Shown here one piece after another: positions 10,648 through 21,346 of a stretch of 64,000 nucleotides of DNA. The notes below the pieces were generated by a model, which saw only the letters and a list, made by a program, of their open reading frames with translations, was not told the origin of the DNA and ran no database searches. This stretch comes from a virus. The stretch lies in the IMG/VR virus record IMGVR_UViG_3300044730_001993, positions 1-64,000 of that record; one strand, given 5' to 3'. The stretch's first letter is position 1. Every line of letters begins with the position of its first letter. A program made the position numbers and the translations under genes.

Positions 10648-10677
10648 GGTGGGCCTACCTTCTGGTGACGTGAACGT

Positions 10678-11205
10678 TTACTTGCGCTTCGCCTTGCGCG
10701 TGGTGCGCTTGGCCTTCGTACGCCGCTTCGGCGCGGCCCTCTTCTTCGCCGCGGGGCGCTTGACGCTCGCGCGCTTCGCGGTGGCCTTCTTCGCCGACGC
10801 GCGCTTCGGTGCCGCCTTCTTGGCGACGCGACGCTTGGCCTTCGCGGGCTTCTTCGCTGGAGCGCGCTTCGCGGCGACCTTCTTCGCGCGAGGCTTCGCC
10901 GCACCGCTGGCACCGCAGAGCGGGATCGACGAGTCGCGGTACAGCCTCTTCTGCATCTCGACGATCTTCGCCGCGCCCTCGCGAACGGCGTCGTCGAAGC
11001 CACGCTGGTAGTCCGCGACGAACTCGCGCGACACCTTGCGCAGCGGGTGCCATTCGACATCGCGCATCCGCTTGTCGCCAGCGATGATCGCGTCGGCGGC
11101 TTCGTCGGCGCAAGCGCCGATGCGAACCGTTGCCACGCTCGCCATCTTCTTGCCCCAGTCGTGCCCCGTATCGTAGGCGACGTGCGCCCCGGAAATCGTT
11201 TTCAT
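10678..11205 (-). CDS. Histone H1-like basic protein
   Basis: C-terminal half made of AKK/AAKR/PAKK repeats. Confidence 0.75.
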   Translation of the reverse strand: MKTISGAHVAYDTGHDWGKKMASVATVRIGACADEAADAIIAGDKRMRDVEWHPLRKVSREFVADYQRGFDDAVREGAAKIVEMQKRLYRDSSIPLCGASGAAKPRAKKVAAKRAPAKKPAKAKRRVAKKAAPKRASAKKATAKRASVKRPAAKKRAAPKRRTKAKRTTRKAKRK

Positions 11206-11283
11206 CCCGCGACGCTACCCGAACGTGCCGGGAATCGCAATCGCCCCGTGACACCGCCAGCGACGATACGGTACAATCGCCGT

Positions 11284-12024
11284 ATGCAACGTACGTGGCG
11301 TCAAGTCGGGGACCGCTGGTGGTTCTCGCTCCCGTGGTCGATCGGACTCGAACTCCGACGTGTCGGTTCGCGGACGGTCGGTTCGTTCGTACTGTTCCGT
11401 GACGGGCGCGAGGTGTCCCGCCACAACCTGCTCCCGCAAGCGCAGGGCGCCGTCGCGGAACTCGAAGCCCCGGCGACGCAGCCCGACGACCTCCGCGGGT
11501 GGCGCCCGACGCGCGAGAGCGTCCGCAACCCCGGTCGCACCCTCCCCGCGATCGTCGACCGCTGCGTGGCGCACGTCGCCCCGCGCCTCAAGGATCGCGG
11601 CCCCCGTGGCGCGCTCTCGGGCGCCGTCGCGATCTGCACCGCGCAGGCGCAGAAGCGTGGGGCACTCAAGAAGGGCTCTCGCAGCCTCACGGCGCGCGGC
11701 AAGCGCGAGGAGCGCAGCGCAACCCGTCGCAAGGGCTACAAGGCCGACACGCGGGCGGTGAAGGCCCTCGCGCGCGAGGCACGGGAGGCTCCCCCGCTCG
11801 ACCCGCGCATCGTCGCAATCGCGACCGTGCTCCGCGAACGTCAACCGGCGAACCTCGCCGACGTGGCGTTCGCGATCAAGATGAAGCGCGCCGACGCTCG
11901 CAAGTTCGTCCGCGCTGCGGCGACCCGCGCTGCGGTGGCGAAGTTCATGGGGGCGAAGAAGGTCACCTACACCGCGAGCAAGAAGAGCATCGGGCACGAC
12001 TTGCTCGCCGTGGTGTCGAAGTGA
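11284..12024 (+). CDS. Multi-module hypothetical protein with internal TRESVRNP tag
   Basis: Three apparent modules. The C-terminal one is paralogous to 12881..13183. TACAAT box 6 nt upstream. Confidence 0.65.
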   Translation: MQRTWRQVGDRWWFSLPWSIGLELRRVGSRTVGSFVLFRDGREVSRHNLLPQAQGAVAELEAPATQPDDLRGWRPTRESVRNPGRTLPAIVDRCVAHVAPRLKDRGPRGALSGAVAICTAQAQKRGALKKGSRSLTARGKREERSATRRKGYKADTRAVKALAREAREAPPLDPRIVAIATVLRERQPANLADVAFAIKMKRADARKFVRAAATRAAVAKFMGAKKVTYTASKKSIGHDLLAVVSK

Positions 12025-12881
12025 GTGCGCGACTGGAGCGGTACAACGTTCGGCGGTCGCGAAGGAATCCCGACGCTGCCGTCGCGGATGCAGAGTGGGT
12101 AAACGCACGCAAGGGCACCCTCTGTGACCCATTCTTGGCGAGCGAAGCCATCGCGATGCTCGACTCCTCGTATCGTGGCATCGGAGGCAATGCGACGTTC
12201 AGATCCGCCTCCGACCTCTGCGACGACGAGTACGACGCGGTGGAACTGCTTCTGTCCGGCGACCGACTGAGGGCCGTCCGTATTTCCAAGACGACGCCGT
12301 TCGGCGTGAAGTGCGTCGCAATCGCGACCGATGGTTCCGACCTCGCCCGCGCCAGCATGAAGCAGAAAACGATGGACTGGTATCGCCAGCCCGGACAATA
12401 CGGCGAGGTTTCGGGGGCGATTGCTGCACTGGCGCTCAAGGCCAAGTCCCCGGTCGTCACCGACCATGCCACCGTTGAGAGAGTGCTTGGCAAGCGAGTC
12501 CAGTGGCACGGAGCGCACCCGGACGGCGAGTTCCCCGGAACGTTCGGGTGGTACACCCGTTCCATCGGTGGGCACCCTCACGTCAAGATCCTCGTCGGCA
12601 CACCGCGCGTGAGTCGCGACAATGGTCGCCGATCAGCGCCAAACGGCACCGCATGGTCGCTCGACGTTCGTGTCGTCGGGGCGCGTCAAACCGAACCGCA
12701 GCCGATTCTCGGAGTCCGCGGGGAAACCGCTGCGAAGCGCATGGCAAGCACTATCCTGCGAGAAGTCTACCGCGACGGTGGGCGTGAATTCCGCGAGGCG
12801 TACCTCTCCCGTGTTCGCCCCGACGGCTTCGTGATCGTGCAATGGCGCCGCGTCAACGGGCGCTGGATTCTCAACCTCTGA
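12021..12881 (+). CDS. Hypothetical protein with RRSRRNP leader and internal NGRRSAPNG tag
   Basis: GTG overlaps the previous stop. Core MLDSSYRGIGG...YGEVSGA. Lower GC. Confidence 0.65.
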   Translation: MSARLERYNVRRSRRNPDAAVADAEWVNARKGTLCDPFLASEAIAMLDSSYRGIGGNATFRSASDLCDDEYDAVELLLSGDRLRAVRISKTTPFGVKCVAIATDGSDLARASMKQKTMDWYRQPGQYGEVSGAIAALALKAKSPVVTDHATVERVLGKRVQWHGAHPDGEFPGTFGWYTRSIGGHPHVKILVGTPRVSRDNGRRSAPNGTAWSLDVRVVGARQTEPQPILGVRGETAAKRMASTILREVYRDGGREFREAYLSRVRPDGFVIVQWRRVNGRWILNL

Positions 12882-13183
12882 TGCCCCGCCCGCCGCCCGA
12901 CTTCTCACGCCTCGCGCGGGCCTACGCCGCCGCGGAGCACGCTCGCCCTCGACGTGCGCCCGACGCCCGCTACGCCGTGGCGGCGCGGGTGCTCCGCGAG
13001 AAGCACCACGCGAAACTCTACGACCTCGCAGTGGCGATGCTCACGCCGCTCGACGACGCGCGAACGTTTCTGCGCCGCCCCGAAGTGCGCGACGAACTGG
13101 CGAGGATGCTCGGCGCCGTGAGGGTGGCGTACACCACCGCGCGCCTCCTGCGCAACGACGTGATCGAGGCGGTTTTCTTGTGA
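12881..13183 (+). CDS. Hypothetical protein (paralog of the C-terminal module of 11284..12024)
   Basis: VLREKHHAKLYDLA...DARTFL...MLGAVRVAYT versus VLRERQPANLADVA...DARKFV...FMGAKKVTYT. Confidence 0.6.
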   Translation: MPRPPPDFSRLARAYAAAEHARPRRAPDARYAVAARVLREKHHAKLYDLAVAMLTPLDDARTFLRRPEVRDELARMLGAVRVAYTTARLLRNDVIEAVFL

Positions 13184-14100
13184 AGCGCCGCAGCACCCGC
13201 AACCCGACGATGCTCCCCACCGGCAAGAGCGAGTGGGCGCAGCACTACGTCATCGACGCGAGCGACCCGCCGACGATACGCGAGGTGATCGACGCCTACG
13301 CGAACGGCAACGCGCAGGCGCGGCAACCGTTCAACGACAACGGCGACCTGTTGCCGATGGCGCACTACACGCTCGGCGATGTGATGCGCGACGTTCGACC
13401 GGGCAACTTCTTGCGCTACGGGAGCGCGACGCCGAAGTTCCGCGCGCTCAAGGGGCAACTGCGCCGGTACGGCCAGCGCGTGCCGTTGATGATCGAGGTT
13501 GACCGCAAGGGCGTCGCGCAAGTCGGCGAGGGTAACCACCGCGTCGCGGCGTTGCTCGCGATGTACGGCCCGTCGCACCGCGTCGGCGTGAGGTTCGTGT
13601 TCAACCGCTACCCGATCACGACGCACGCGGGCTTGACGTGGGCGACCGCCGATCGTGACCCCGTAGCAAGACGTTCGGAGCGCAACGGCGCTCCGTCCCC
13701 ATACACCGACCCGTCGCTGCGCGATGCGATCAAGCGACGCATCATGGCGGGCAGCAAGGGCGGGAAACCGGGCCAGTGGTCCGCGCGCAAGGCGCAACTC
13801 GTCGCCGCGGAGTACGCCGCTGCGGGCGGCGGCTACCGCTCCGGTGCACGCACCGCGGCGCAACGTTCGTTGCGCAAGTGGACGGGCGAGAAGTGGACGA
13901 CGAGTGATGGTAAGCCCGCGATCCGCAAGGGCGGCACCGTGCGCTACCTCCCGCAGTCCGCGTGGGCCACGCTCACCCCGGCGCAGCGTGCGGCGACGAA
14001 CCGTAAGAAGCGCGCGGGCTCGCAGGCGGGCCAGCAGTTCGTGAAGAATACCCGCGCTGCGGCGAGGGCGGGCAAGGCCGCGCGCTCGCGGCGGCGGTAG
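13180..14100 (+). CDS. ParB/Srx-like domain plus DUF5872-like domain, each preceded by a tag
   Basis: RRSTRNP leader, VPLMIEV...VGEGNHRVAA (ParB/Srx), RRSERNG linker, then YTDPSLRDAIK...GGKPGQWSARKAQL...GGGY (DUF5872-like). Confidence 0.7.
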   Translation: MKRRSTRNPTMLPTGKSEWAQHYVIDASDPPTIREVIDAYANGNAQARQPFNDNGDLLPMAHYTLGDVMRDVRPGNFLRYGSATPKFRALKGQLRRYGQRVPLMIEVDRKGVAQVGEGNHRVAALLAMYGPSHRVGVRFVFNRYPITTHAGLTWATADRDPVARRSERNGAPSPYTDPSLRDAIKRRIMAGSKGGKPGQWSARKAQLVAAEYAAAGGGYRSGARTAAQRSLRKWTGEKWTTSDGKPAIRKGGTVRYLPQSAWATLTPAQRAATNRKKRAGSQAGQQFVKNTRAAARAGKAARSRRR

Positions 14101-14101
14101 G

Positions 14102-14509
14102 CTACGGCACGTAGCCGTTCCGCGCGGCGGTGTGGCACCACGCGCGGGCGGACTCGACCGCGGATTCGAGGGATGCGCGTGCTTCGATCGAGCCTACCAG
14201 CCTGTACGACGGGTGCTCCGGCCCTCCGTCTGACAGCGCATCCATCGCTCGACCGGCGACGATCGTGTAGTGCTCCGTCTGCCACTGCTTGAGATCGTCG
14301 CGCAGGTTCTCCGACCACGGCAGCGCGAGCGTGACGCGGTAACGGTCCTTCACCACTTCTCCGCCGCGTGCGCTGCTCGTCCCCGGTAGCCACTTCGCGC
14401 GCTCGACTCGCTCGCGAACCTCCCACGCGATGCCGTCGGTTACGCCGGTTGCGAGGCACTCTCCGAACACGCGGTCGTTCTGCAAGGCGCGGAGCTCTTC
14501 GGGCTTCAT
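14102..14509 (-). CDS. Hypothetical protein
   Basis: End of a minus-strand run of overlapping small ORFs. Confidence 0.55.
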   Translation of the reverse strand: MKPEELRALQNDRVFGECLATGVTDGIAWEVRERVERAKWLPGTSSARGGEVVKDRYRVTLALPWSENLRDDLKQWQTEHYTIVAGRAMDALSDGGPEHPSYRLVGSIEARASLESAVESARAWCHTAARNGYVP

Positions 14510-15189
14510 CGCGCCTCCATCGCGGCGTTGTACGCCGCCAGCGCGTGTGGCTTGACGTGATCCCACACCACGTCGACCGACTCGGCGAACCGCTCGACGG
14601 CGCGCAGTTCCTCCGCGACGTACGGCGCCGCAGCGAACTGCGGGAGGTTCGCCGGAACGTTCGTGTTCGCGCCGATGTTCGCCGCGTGCTCGACGACGCG
14701 CTGTTCGTTTCGGGTGAGGTTGCAGTGGTCGGTGAGACAACCGAGAACGCAGGCGAGGGTGTGGCTCACCGCGACCTCAGTTCGCGCTCGCGTCGCTCGA
14801 TCGCGCGGAGCAAGCGGTAGTGCGCCACCGTGTTGAGGTGCGACTCCGCGAGCACCATGCGGAGGCCAGCGCCCTCCGACACCCGCTGCATCGCGGCGAT
14901 GTTCTCTTCGATCGTTGCCGTGACTCGCGCGTCGCGGGCTTCTTTTTCGTGCGTCACTTGTCTCTCCGCTTGTTCTTGGCGATGGCTCTCAACTCGCGCG
15001 CGACTTCTCTCAAGCGACTCGCAAGGGCGTCGGCTTCGGGCGCGGTGAGGATTGTCTCGTGATGAGTAGAGTACATGCTGGACGCTTGCCCGCAGGCAAC
15101 GGAGAGCCTTGCGATCGGCATACCCTTGCTCGATTGATCGTGCTCCTCGCGGGAAACCTCGACGGTGATCGTTGGGCCATCGTCGGTGA

Positions 15190-15468
15190 TTATTTCGAGG
15201 GGTTGCACTTCGCCACCGCCCACGTTGGGATGTTCGCGCGCTCGATGGCGCGCAGGTTGTTTGCGCTGGCGTAGGCGAACATCGCCTCGATGCCAGCCTC
15301 GGTGATCTTGTACACGATCCTGCACTTAACCCTTATCCACGCGTACCCGTCGACAAGCCCGCGCTTCTTGAGAGCGACGTACGTTCTGCGCGGCACTAAA
15401 AACGAATGGCCGTCGCCGCTAGAGATCGTTTTTAGCGCGACGTACTGCGCGCCAGTGATGCTTGCCAT
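15190..15468 (-). CDS. Small winged-helix-like protein
   Basis: ITGAQYVAL...VALKKRGLV...YKITEAGIEA. Confidence 0.55.
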   Translation of the reverse strand: MASITGAQYVALKTISSGDGHSFLVPRRTYVALKKRGLVDGYAWIRVKCRIVYKITEAGIEAMFAYASANNLRAIERANIPTWAVAKCNPSK

Positions 15469-16061
15469 GCGCGGTGTGACGTGGCCCGTGAGGCGCGTAT
15501 TCAGCGCGTGCGGCGCGCTACTTCGAGGCTTGCGATGCGATGTACCTAAACACCTCGCTGAGATTCTTGAAACGATGCTGCACACCCTCACTATCGGTGA
15601 TGATGCGACCGCGCTTAGGACCACGCGTGATCTTCGTGCCGCAGTGGTAGAAGTCGCCGATCGCTCCCTTCGCGCGAGGCAACTCGGCGACTTCGATGCA
15701 CCCTCTCAGCGCCCGCACTTCGTAGCGCGAAGGCTCCGCTGCGATTTTTTCGATCATGCAGTCGGGGAGGTGAATATCTGCATAATCCACGAGGTTGCGT
15801 TTCATGGTCACTCTCTTCTACGGTGATCGTCCGACGGACTAGTCCCGCACGCCCTGCGAGCGGAGGTACGCCCGCTCGGCGTAGAACTCACGCTCCGCGA
15901 CCTCGGGGTCGCCGCCCTCGCGCGCTGCGAGCGCGGCACGCTCGAAGGCACGCTCCGACGGAGCGACGGTCGCGTCGGCGGGCGGGCACACACGCACGCC
16001 GCGGTCGCGGCGAAACAGGCAGACCTTGCACTGGCAATCGGTGGGGTGATTCATAGTGCTT

Positions 16062-16109
16062 CTCTTACGGCGTGGGCGACGCGAACCTTACGGTGCCGCG
16101 TCGATTTTC
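16062..16109 (-). promoter_or_regulatory. Class-1 element
   Basis: AAAATCGA-8-CGTAAGGT-15-CGTAAGAG. Confidence 0.75.
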
Positions 16110-16443
16110 AGCGGCGGCGGGCGGCGCGCTCGGCTTCGCGCACGGCGTCCTGCTTCGCGGCGGATTCTTGCCACTCGACAAGCGCCTCGAACGCTTCGCG
16201 CTTCGTCGGGATCGGGTCAGAGAACGAACTACTATCGGCAGCGTCTTCGATCATCCAGTTGCCGCGCGCGTACGTCTCGGCGTGCTCGTTGGCGCGACGG
16301 TAGAGCGAGAACCGAAGGTCGGGCGACACGTAGAAGCCAGCGTGAACCTCGATTACGGGAACGCCGAGAACGGTCTTGAGGGTGCCGTAGACTTCGTGGC
16401 CCTTCGGGGCGCCGGGGGAGACATTGACGCGCTGGTTCTTCAT
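16108..16443 (-). CDS. Hypothetical protein, tandem paralog A
   Basis: GTLKTVLGVPVIE...YVSPDL...SDPIPTKREA. Has its own class-1 promoter. Confidence 0.7.
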   Translation of the reverse strand: MKNQRVNVSPGAPKGHEVYGTLKTVLGVPVIEVHAGFYVSPDLRFSLYRRANEHAETYARGNWMIEDAADSSSFSDPIPTKREAFEALVEWQESAAKQDAVREAERAARRR

Positions 16444-16451
16444 AGTGCCAC

Positions 16452-16499
16452 CTTGTACGTCGCTGGCGACGGCGACCTTACGGCGCCCCGCTGATTTTC
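16452..16499 (-). promoter_or_regulatory. Class-1 element
   Basis: AAAATCAG-8-CGTAAGGT-15-CGTACAAG. Confidence 0.75.
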
Positions 16500-16841
16500 T
16501 CAGCGACGGAACGCGGCGATGCGCGCGGCGCGCTCCTCGGCGTCCTGCTTCGCCCACCGCACGAGTTCGGTGAGCGCCTCGCGCTTCGTCGCGATCGGGT
16601 CGGAGTGATCCTTGCCCATCGTCTCCCGCACGATCCACCCGCTCCAGTCGATACCGTCGCGTCCCTTATAGAAGCGCACGGCCTCGAAATGGAGGTCTTC
16701 GGACACGTACGACCCGCCCTTCGTTTCGATCACGCGCAGCCCGTACAGGGTGCGGAGCGTGCCGGTCGCCGGGGTAACGCCGGGGGCGAGGTACTGAAGG
16801 TCTTCGGGGCGGGTGAGGCAGACGGTGGCGTTGCGCTTCAT
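16500..16841 (-). CDS. Hypothetical protein, tandem paralog B
   Basis: GTLRTLYGLRVIE...YVSEDL...SDPIATKREA. Has its own class-1 promoter. Confidence 0.7.
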   Translation of the reverse strand: MKRNATVCLTRPEDLQYLAPGVTPATGTLRTLYGLRVIETKGGSYVSEDLHFEAVRFYKGRDGIDWSGWIVRETMGKDHSDPIATKREALTELVRWAKQDAEERAARIAAFRR

Positions 16842-16848
16842 GGTGCCC

Positions 16849-16896
16849 CTTGTACGCCCGCTGTCGAGGCGACCTTACGGCACCCTGCCGATTTTC
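16849..16896 (-). promoter_or_regulatory. Class-1 element
   Basis: AAAATCGG-8-CGTAAGGT-15-CGTACAAG. Confidence 0.75.
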
Positions 16897-17247
16897 TCAG
16901 CGGCTCCTCGGGAGCACAACCGGCATCTTCCGCTCGGCGACCTTCACCATCGACGCGGGCACGAGCATCGTTCGGAACACGCGCTTCGCGTTGTCGAGCG
17001 CCTCACCCTCCGCGCGCGAGAGCACCGTGCTGTTCCTCTCGTGCCTACGCTGGAACTCGTCGATCGCCTTCGCGAGCATCACCGCCTCGTCGCGAACGTT
17101 CTCGTAATGGTTGTAGTCTTCGGGCGAGAGACGGAACTCGCGCGCTTCGAGCCAGCGGTAGAACGTTCGCGGCGCGATGAACTCGCCGGGTGCGGGTTCG
17201 ATCGAGTTGCGGACGGAGCGGCGGACGGTACGCTTCTTGGATTGCAT
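16897..17247 (-). CDS. Hypothetical protein with RRSVRNS leader
   Basis: MQSKKRTVRRSVRNS. TGTAGCGT box upstream. Confidence 0.6.
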   Translation of the reverse strand: MQSKKRTVRRSVRNSIEPAPGEFIAPRTFYRWLEAREFRLSPEDYNHYENVRDEAVMLAKAIDEFQRRHERNSTVLSRAEGEALDNAKRVFRTMLVPASMVKVAERKMPVVLPRSR

Positions 17248-18588
17248 TGTGCTCCACACGCTACACTTCGAGGGATTGATCGTCAACGGCAACGTTCGCT
17301 CACGGCGTCACCGTCGTGCCGTACACGGCGGCTTCGTCGCGGAGCGCGCGACGGAACTTCTCGCGGTACGCCACCCACGCCGGGTCCGTCTCGCTCGGTT
17401 TGTCGTGGTGACCGTCGAGCCACCACGCCATCAAGGCGAGGCAGTCGACGTGGAAGTCGTGCTTCACGTTCGCGGCGTCGCGACGCTTCACGCTGTTCGT
17501 CACGCACGGCTCGCCGCACTCGGTACAGGTTGCGTGCTTGCTCACGTCGCCGCCAGTGCGGCGAGTTCCGCGCGCAGTGCCGCCGCCTCCTCGTCGAGCA
17601 GTGCGAGTCGCAATTTGATTTCGCCCGCGCGCACTTTTGCCCACACGGCATCGACGGTGAGATCGTGCGTCTTGTGGTCTCTCAGCACGTACATCGCAGT
17701 CACGATCGGGCGGGGCACGCCTTCGCGAACGAACGTGTCGAGCGAGCGGTAGCGGCGGTAGGCGTCGGCGTAGCGGCGCTCCGCGAGAAGGTCCGCGAGC
17801 ACCCGGAGGTTGATCGCGTCGGCCTTCGACCCGCCCGCCTCGTCGCTATCGGCCACTTCGCGCAGTTGCCGCAGGAGCGGCGACGTTTCGCCGGTTGTGT
17901 TCGTTTCCATCGAGCCTCCGACGTGCCCACGCGGTCGGCTATTCACCGCGTCCTGTAGCACCAGCGCGGAACGCGGTACAGGTAGTCGGTCCCCCACTCG
18001 TCGCGCATGGTGATATTGTCGCTGTACCACGACACTCGCGTGATCGTGATGAACGTCCCGACGCCGAGCACGGTGCCCTTCGCGATGTTCTCGAAAATGG
18101 CCGCGCGGCGACCGAACCACCGCTGGCCGATGCCCCACGTATGCAGAAACTCGATCGCCGTCGGGTGCCTCGCGGGGTCGCTTCCGAGACGCCTAGCGAC
18201 CGCTGCGATGGCATCGCGTGCGCCGTCGCGGGCGCCGATCGCGAGGAGCAACTCTTCGAGCGTGCGCGGGTCGTCCGCGGTGCGATAGGCGGTGGTCACG
18301 ACGAACGCGACGTGCTCTCGAACGTGAGTTTCCACGATCCACCCTCCGGCGTTACCCACGCTTGCGTGCCGTGGAACAGCCCGTAGAACTGCGCAGCGCC
18401 TCCGCGCTCGCGGAACCCGACAACGGTCATGAAACTGCCGTGCACGAACCGTCGCTCGCGATCGGCGGTATAGAAGCCATCGCTGCGCGTGACCGCCTCG
18501 CACTTGTACAGCGGGCTCTCCGTGGAGACCCCGAGTTTCGCGAGCGCATGAACCTCGTCTGCGGTCGTCACTGAAAACTTGCCGGTAA

Positions 18589-18813
18589 TCATGGTTTCGT
18601 CTCCATTGACGCGAGCAACGTTCGGCTCGCTTCGGTGAGTGCGATGTACGTTGTCCATCGGTCGCGGGACCAGACGTGCAACAGCCCGCGGCGCGTCAAC
18701 GCCTTCGCAGTGGTCGCCGCGCCGAGTCGGTAGGGGCAACCAGCGATGCCGTTCGGTTGCTTCGCGAGCCACCGCAGCATCGCCAGCATCTTCGGTGTGA
18801 CGGGCACGCTCAC
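18589..18813 (-). CDS. Small winged-helix-like protein
   Basis: VTPKMLAML...KALTRRGLL...ALTEASRT. Confidence 0.55.
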   Translation of the reverse strand: MSVPVTPKMLAMLRWLAKQPNGIAGCPYRLGAATTAKALTRRGLLHVWSRDRWTTYIALTEASRTLLASMETKP

Positions 18814-19043
18814 CGCGCCGACGCGAGCGCAGCACGGCCCGCGTCGGTCAACCACACGCCCTCGCTGTTGACGATGCCGAAGCCATCACTCCCAATCTTC
18901 TCGGGGCCGCGGAGGATAAGTCCGCGTCTCAGGCACGCCCTCTTCGCGTTTACGTTGAGCGATGGGTGCGCGTAATACTTGCCGCGATTTCCCTCGCGTT
19001 CGATGGAGCGCAGCACCTTGAGCATCGCAGGCGTGAGTTTCAT
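18810..19043 (-). CDS. Small winged-helix-like protein
   Basis: KLTPAMLKVL...ACLRRGLI...WLTDAGRAAL. Class-1 promoter at 19051-19081. Confidence 0.6.
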   Translation of the reverse strand: MKLTPAMLKVLRSIEREGNRGKYYAHPSLNVNAKRACLRRGLILRGPEKIGSDGFGIVNSEGVWLTDAGRAALASAR

Positions 19044-19095
19044 GGTGACCCTTATACGCCGCGAGGGCGCTGGTTCTATCGCGCAATCGGCGGCG

Positions 19096-19494
19096 CTACA
19101 CGCGACCGACGGTGCGCTCGGTGACCCACTTCTGCGTGAGAAGATCGAAACGCTGGATCTTCGCGCCCTTGTTGCCGTTGATGCCCTCGCGCACGATCCA
19201 GAGGGCGTCGCCCTCCGCGCGCCAAGCGTTTTCGCGCGTCGGAGCGTGAGAGGGATAAGCCCCGACGCCCACCGCGCGCCACGCCTCGACGATGCGCGGT
19301 ACGCGGTGACCGCTCCCCTCGCAGGAACCGTCGCGCTTCTGCTGCGGACCGCGCCCGAGCGACTCCTGCCACGAGGCGCGACGGAGCGTCCCGCCGTGCT
19401 TGCGAAGCGCGAGGATGTTGTGCCCCGCTACCTCCTGCGTGGCGATCATCTTCTGGCACACGGGGCACTCGCGGCGATCGGGTGTCTTGCTCAT
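19096..19494 (-). CDS. Zn-finger-like hypothetical protein
   Basis: CPVC...RKH...CEGSG. Class-1 promoter at 19502-19548. Confidence 0.55.
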   Translation of the reverse strand: MSKTPDRRECPVCQKMIATQEVAGHNILALRKHGGTLRRASWQESLGRGPQQKRDGSCEGSGHRVPRIVEAWRAVGVGAYPSHAPTRENAWRAEGDALWIVREGINGNKGAKIQRFDLLTQKWVTERTVGRV

Positions 19495-20831
19495 GGTGCG
19501 CATCATACGCCACGAGTTCGCCAGTTCTCTACGGCGCCGCGCCGATTTACTTCACCCCGATCAACTTCGCCGCCGCCTCGACGCACACCGGGTCGCTTCC
19601 GTTGACGGAGTAGAGCGGCACGGCGACGACTCGGAGGTTGTAGCGCACCACACGATGCCCCACCTCGCCGGGGTAGTATCGCCCCTCCCCGTTCTCGATC
19701 ACGAGGCGCACGTCGTCGACCTTGCGCATGAACGTCTCCGTCGTCGCGCAAGCGATCGCTCGACGCAGACGCACGTCGCCGTCCCACCCGAAGCGCGCGG
19801 CCTCCGCCGCGTCGATCACCACGCCGCTGCGCATCCCGCGGGCTCGCTCGCTCGGGCATTCACGGCGCCGTGTGAGGTAGCGACCGTTCTCGACGCGAAC
19901 GATCACGATGTTGCTGTTCGCCATGCCGACGACCGGCGCGACGTGCCCGACGATGGCGCGGTAGTCGCCGCTGTACGTGTCCACCACGTCGAGCCACGCC
20001 GGTCCCGGCAGGCCGACTCGCCGCGCCACCGTCTCGTGCTGTTCGTCGCTCTTCTTGCGCTGCTCGCTTGCCATGATTGCTCGGTTCCCTTCTGCGCAGT
20101 CGTTTCTCAGTCGTCCGCGGGCGGGGTCACTGCACGCACCGTGCGGCATCAATCGCCACGCCGAGGAGGTTCGCGAGCGCCACCAGCGCCTCGACTTCGG
20201 TCGCTCGCTCGGTCTGAGCCAACGAGTGTCCGGTCTCGTCGCCCTGCACCGACGCGAGCCATCGACCACTCGGGTAGCGGTGCGTTCCAACCGGCTTGAG
20301 GCCCCTCACCTTCATCGCCGCGTTGATGCTCGCCTTGAGCATCGCGATGCCCCTCACGTCGTCGGCGCCACGTTCGATCCTCGCCCTCACGTCGGCCTCG
20401 GTGAGTTCGCTCGTGACCACCACGCGCTTCGGGTCGAAGCCTTCGACGCCGTGCACCTCGCAGTACGTCATCCCACTGCCGTACGTCCCGCAATCGACGC
20501 GTCCCTTGCGCCCGCAGTCGAGGCACGTATTCACTCCATCACCGCGTTCGTCGATCCACACGTTGTCACCCTCCTCGCAGCGAACGTTTCGCCGCGCTTG
20601 CACCGACCACTATGACCGTCTCCGTTCCGCTGCTTGCTAGGCCGTTGCGGTCGCCTCGGTGTCGCCGCTCGGTTCGCTCGCGGAGTTCTGCCGCGGTGAC
20701 GGGCGCCCGTCGCGCAGCGTCGATGCCCGCGCAGACGCGGCGGCACCACGCGGCGTGCCGCTCCGCGTTGCGCTCGCGGATCTTGCGATCGATGGCCTCG
20801 GCGTAGATGCCGAAGTCGGGGTACAACACGC

Positions 20832-21206
20832 TCACACCCCCGCGTCGAGGGCGCGGCGCGTCTCGCCTGTCGCGAGGGCCGACGGCGCTCCGAAGGTCAC
20901 GACGCAGCCCACGTCCTTGCCGCAGTAGATCGAGTGCGCCACGAGGGCGTACCCGATCGGGACCGCGGTGAGGTTGTCGAGCGCCGCCCCGCCCATCTCG
21001 CGGGGCGTTTTCACCGACTCGGGAAGCCCGCACACCTCGCCCGTCGAGAGGTTGACCGCGACGTACTCCGTGCGGCTCCCGCCGTCCCAGAAGGTGCCGT
21101 CGAGGTGAACGACCGACTTCTCGGACACGGAGCACTTGCGACCGCCCCACGACGGGAAGGCGATGCGGGCGATGGCGATGGGCGTGAGCGGCTTCGGCGA
21201 CTTCAT
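20832..21206 (-). CDS. Hypothetical phage protein
   Basis: FWDGGSRTEY...HSIYCGKD. Class-1 promoter at 21212-21243. Confidence 0.65.
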   Translation of the reverse strand: MKSPKPLTPIAIARIAFPSWGGRKCSVSEKSVVHLDGTFWDGGSRTEYVAVNLSTGEVCGLPESVKTPREMGGAALDNLTAVPIGYALVAHSIYCGKDVGCVVTFGAPSALATGETRRALDAGV

Positions 21207-21211
21207 GGCGA

Positions 21212-21338
21212 CTCTTACGTCGGCGGGCGTCGAGTTCTTTACGCGGCGCCTCGCATTTCTCGCGAAGGCTTGTTTTCAAGCACCGCGAGAGCAATCGGCG
21301 GGGCAGCGTAAAGAAGCGGCGGGCGGCGGACGTAAGAG
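21212..21338. promoter_or_regulatory. Divergent pair of class-1 elements
   Basis: CGTAAAGAA-15-CGTAAGAG on both strands, with a GCTTG-TTTT-CAAGC palindrome between them. Confidence 0.75.
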
Positions 21339-21346
21339 TGGGCACC

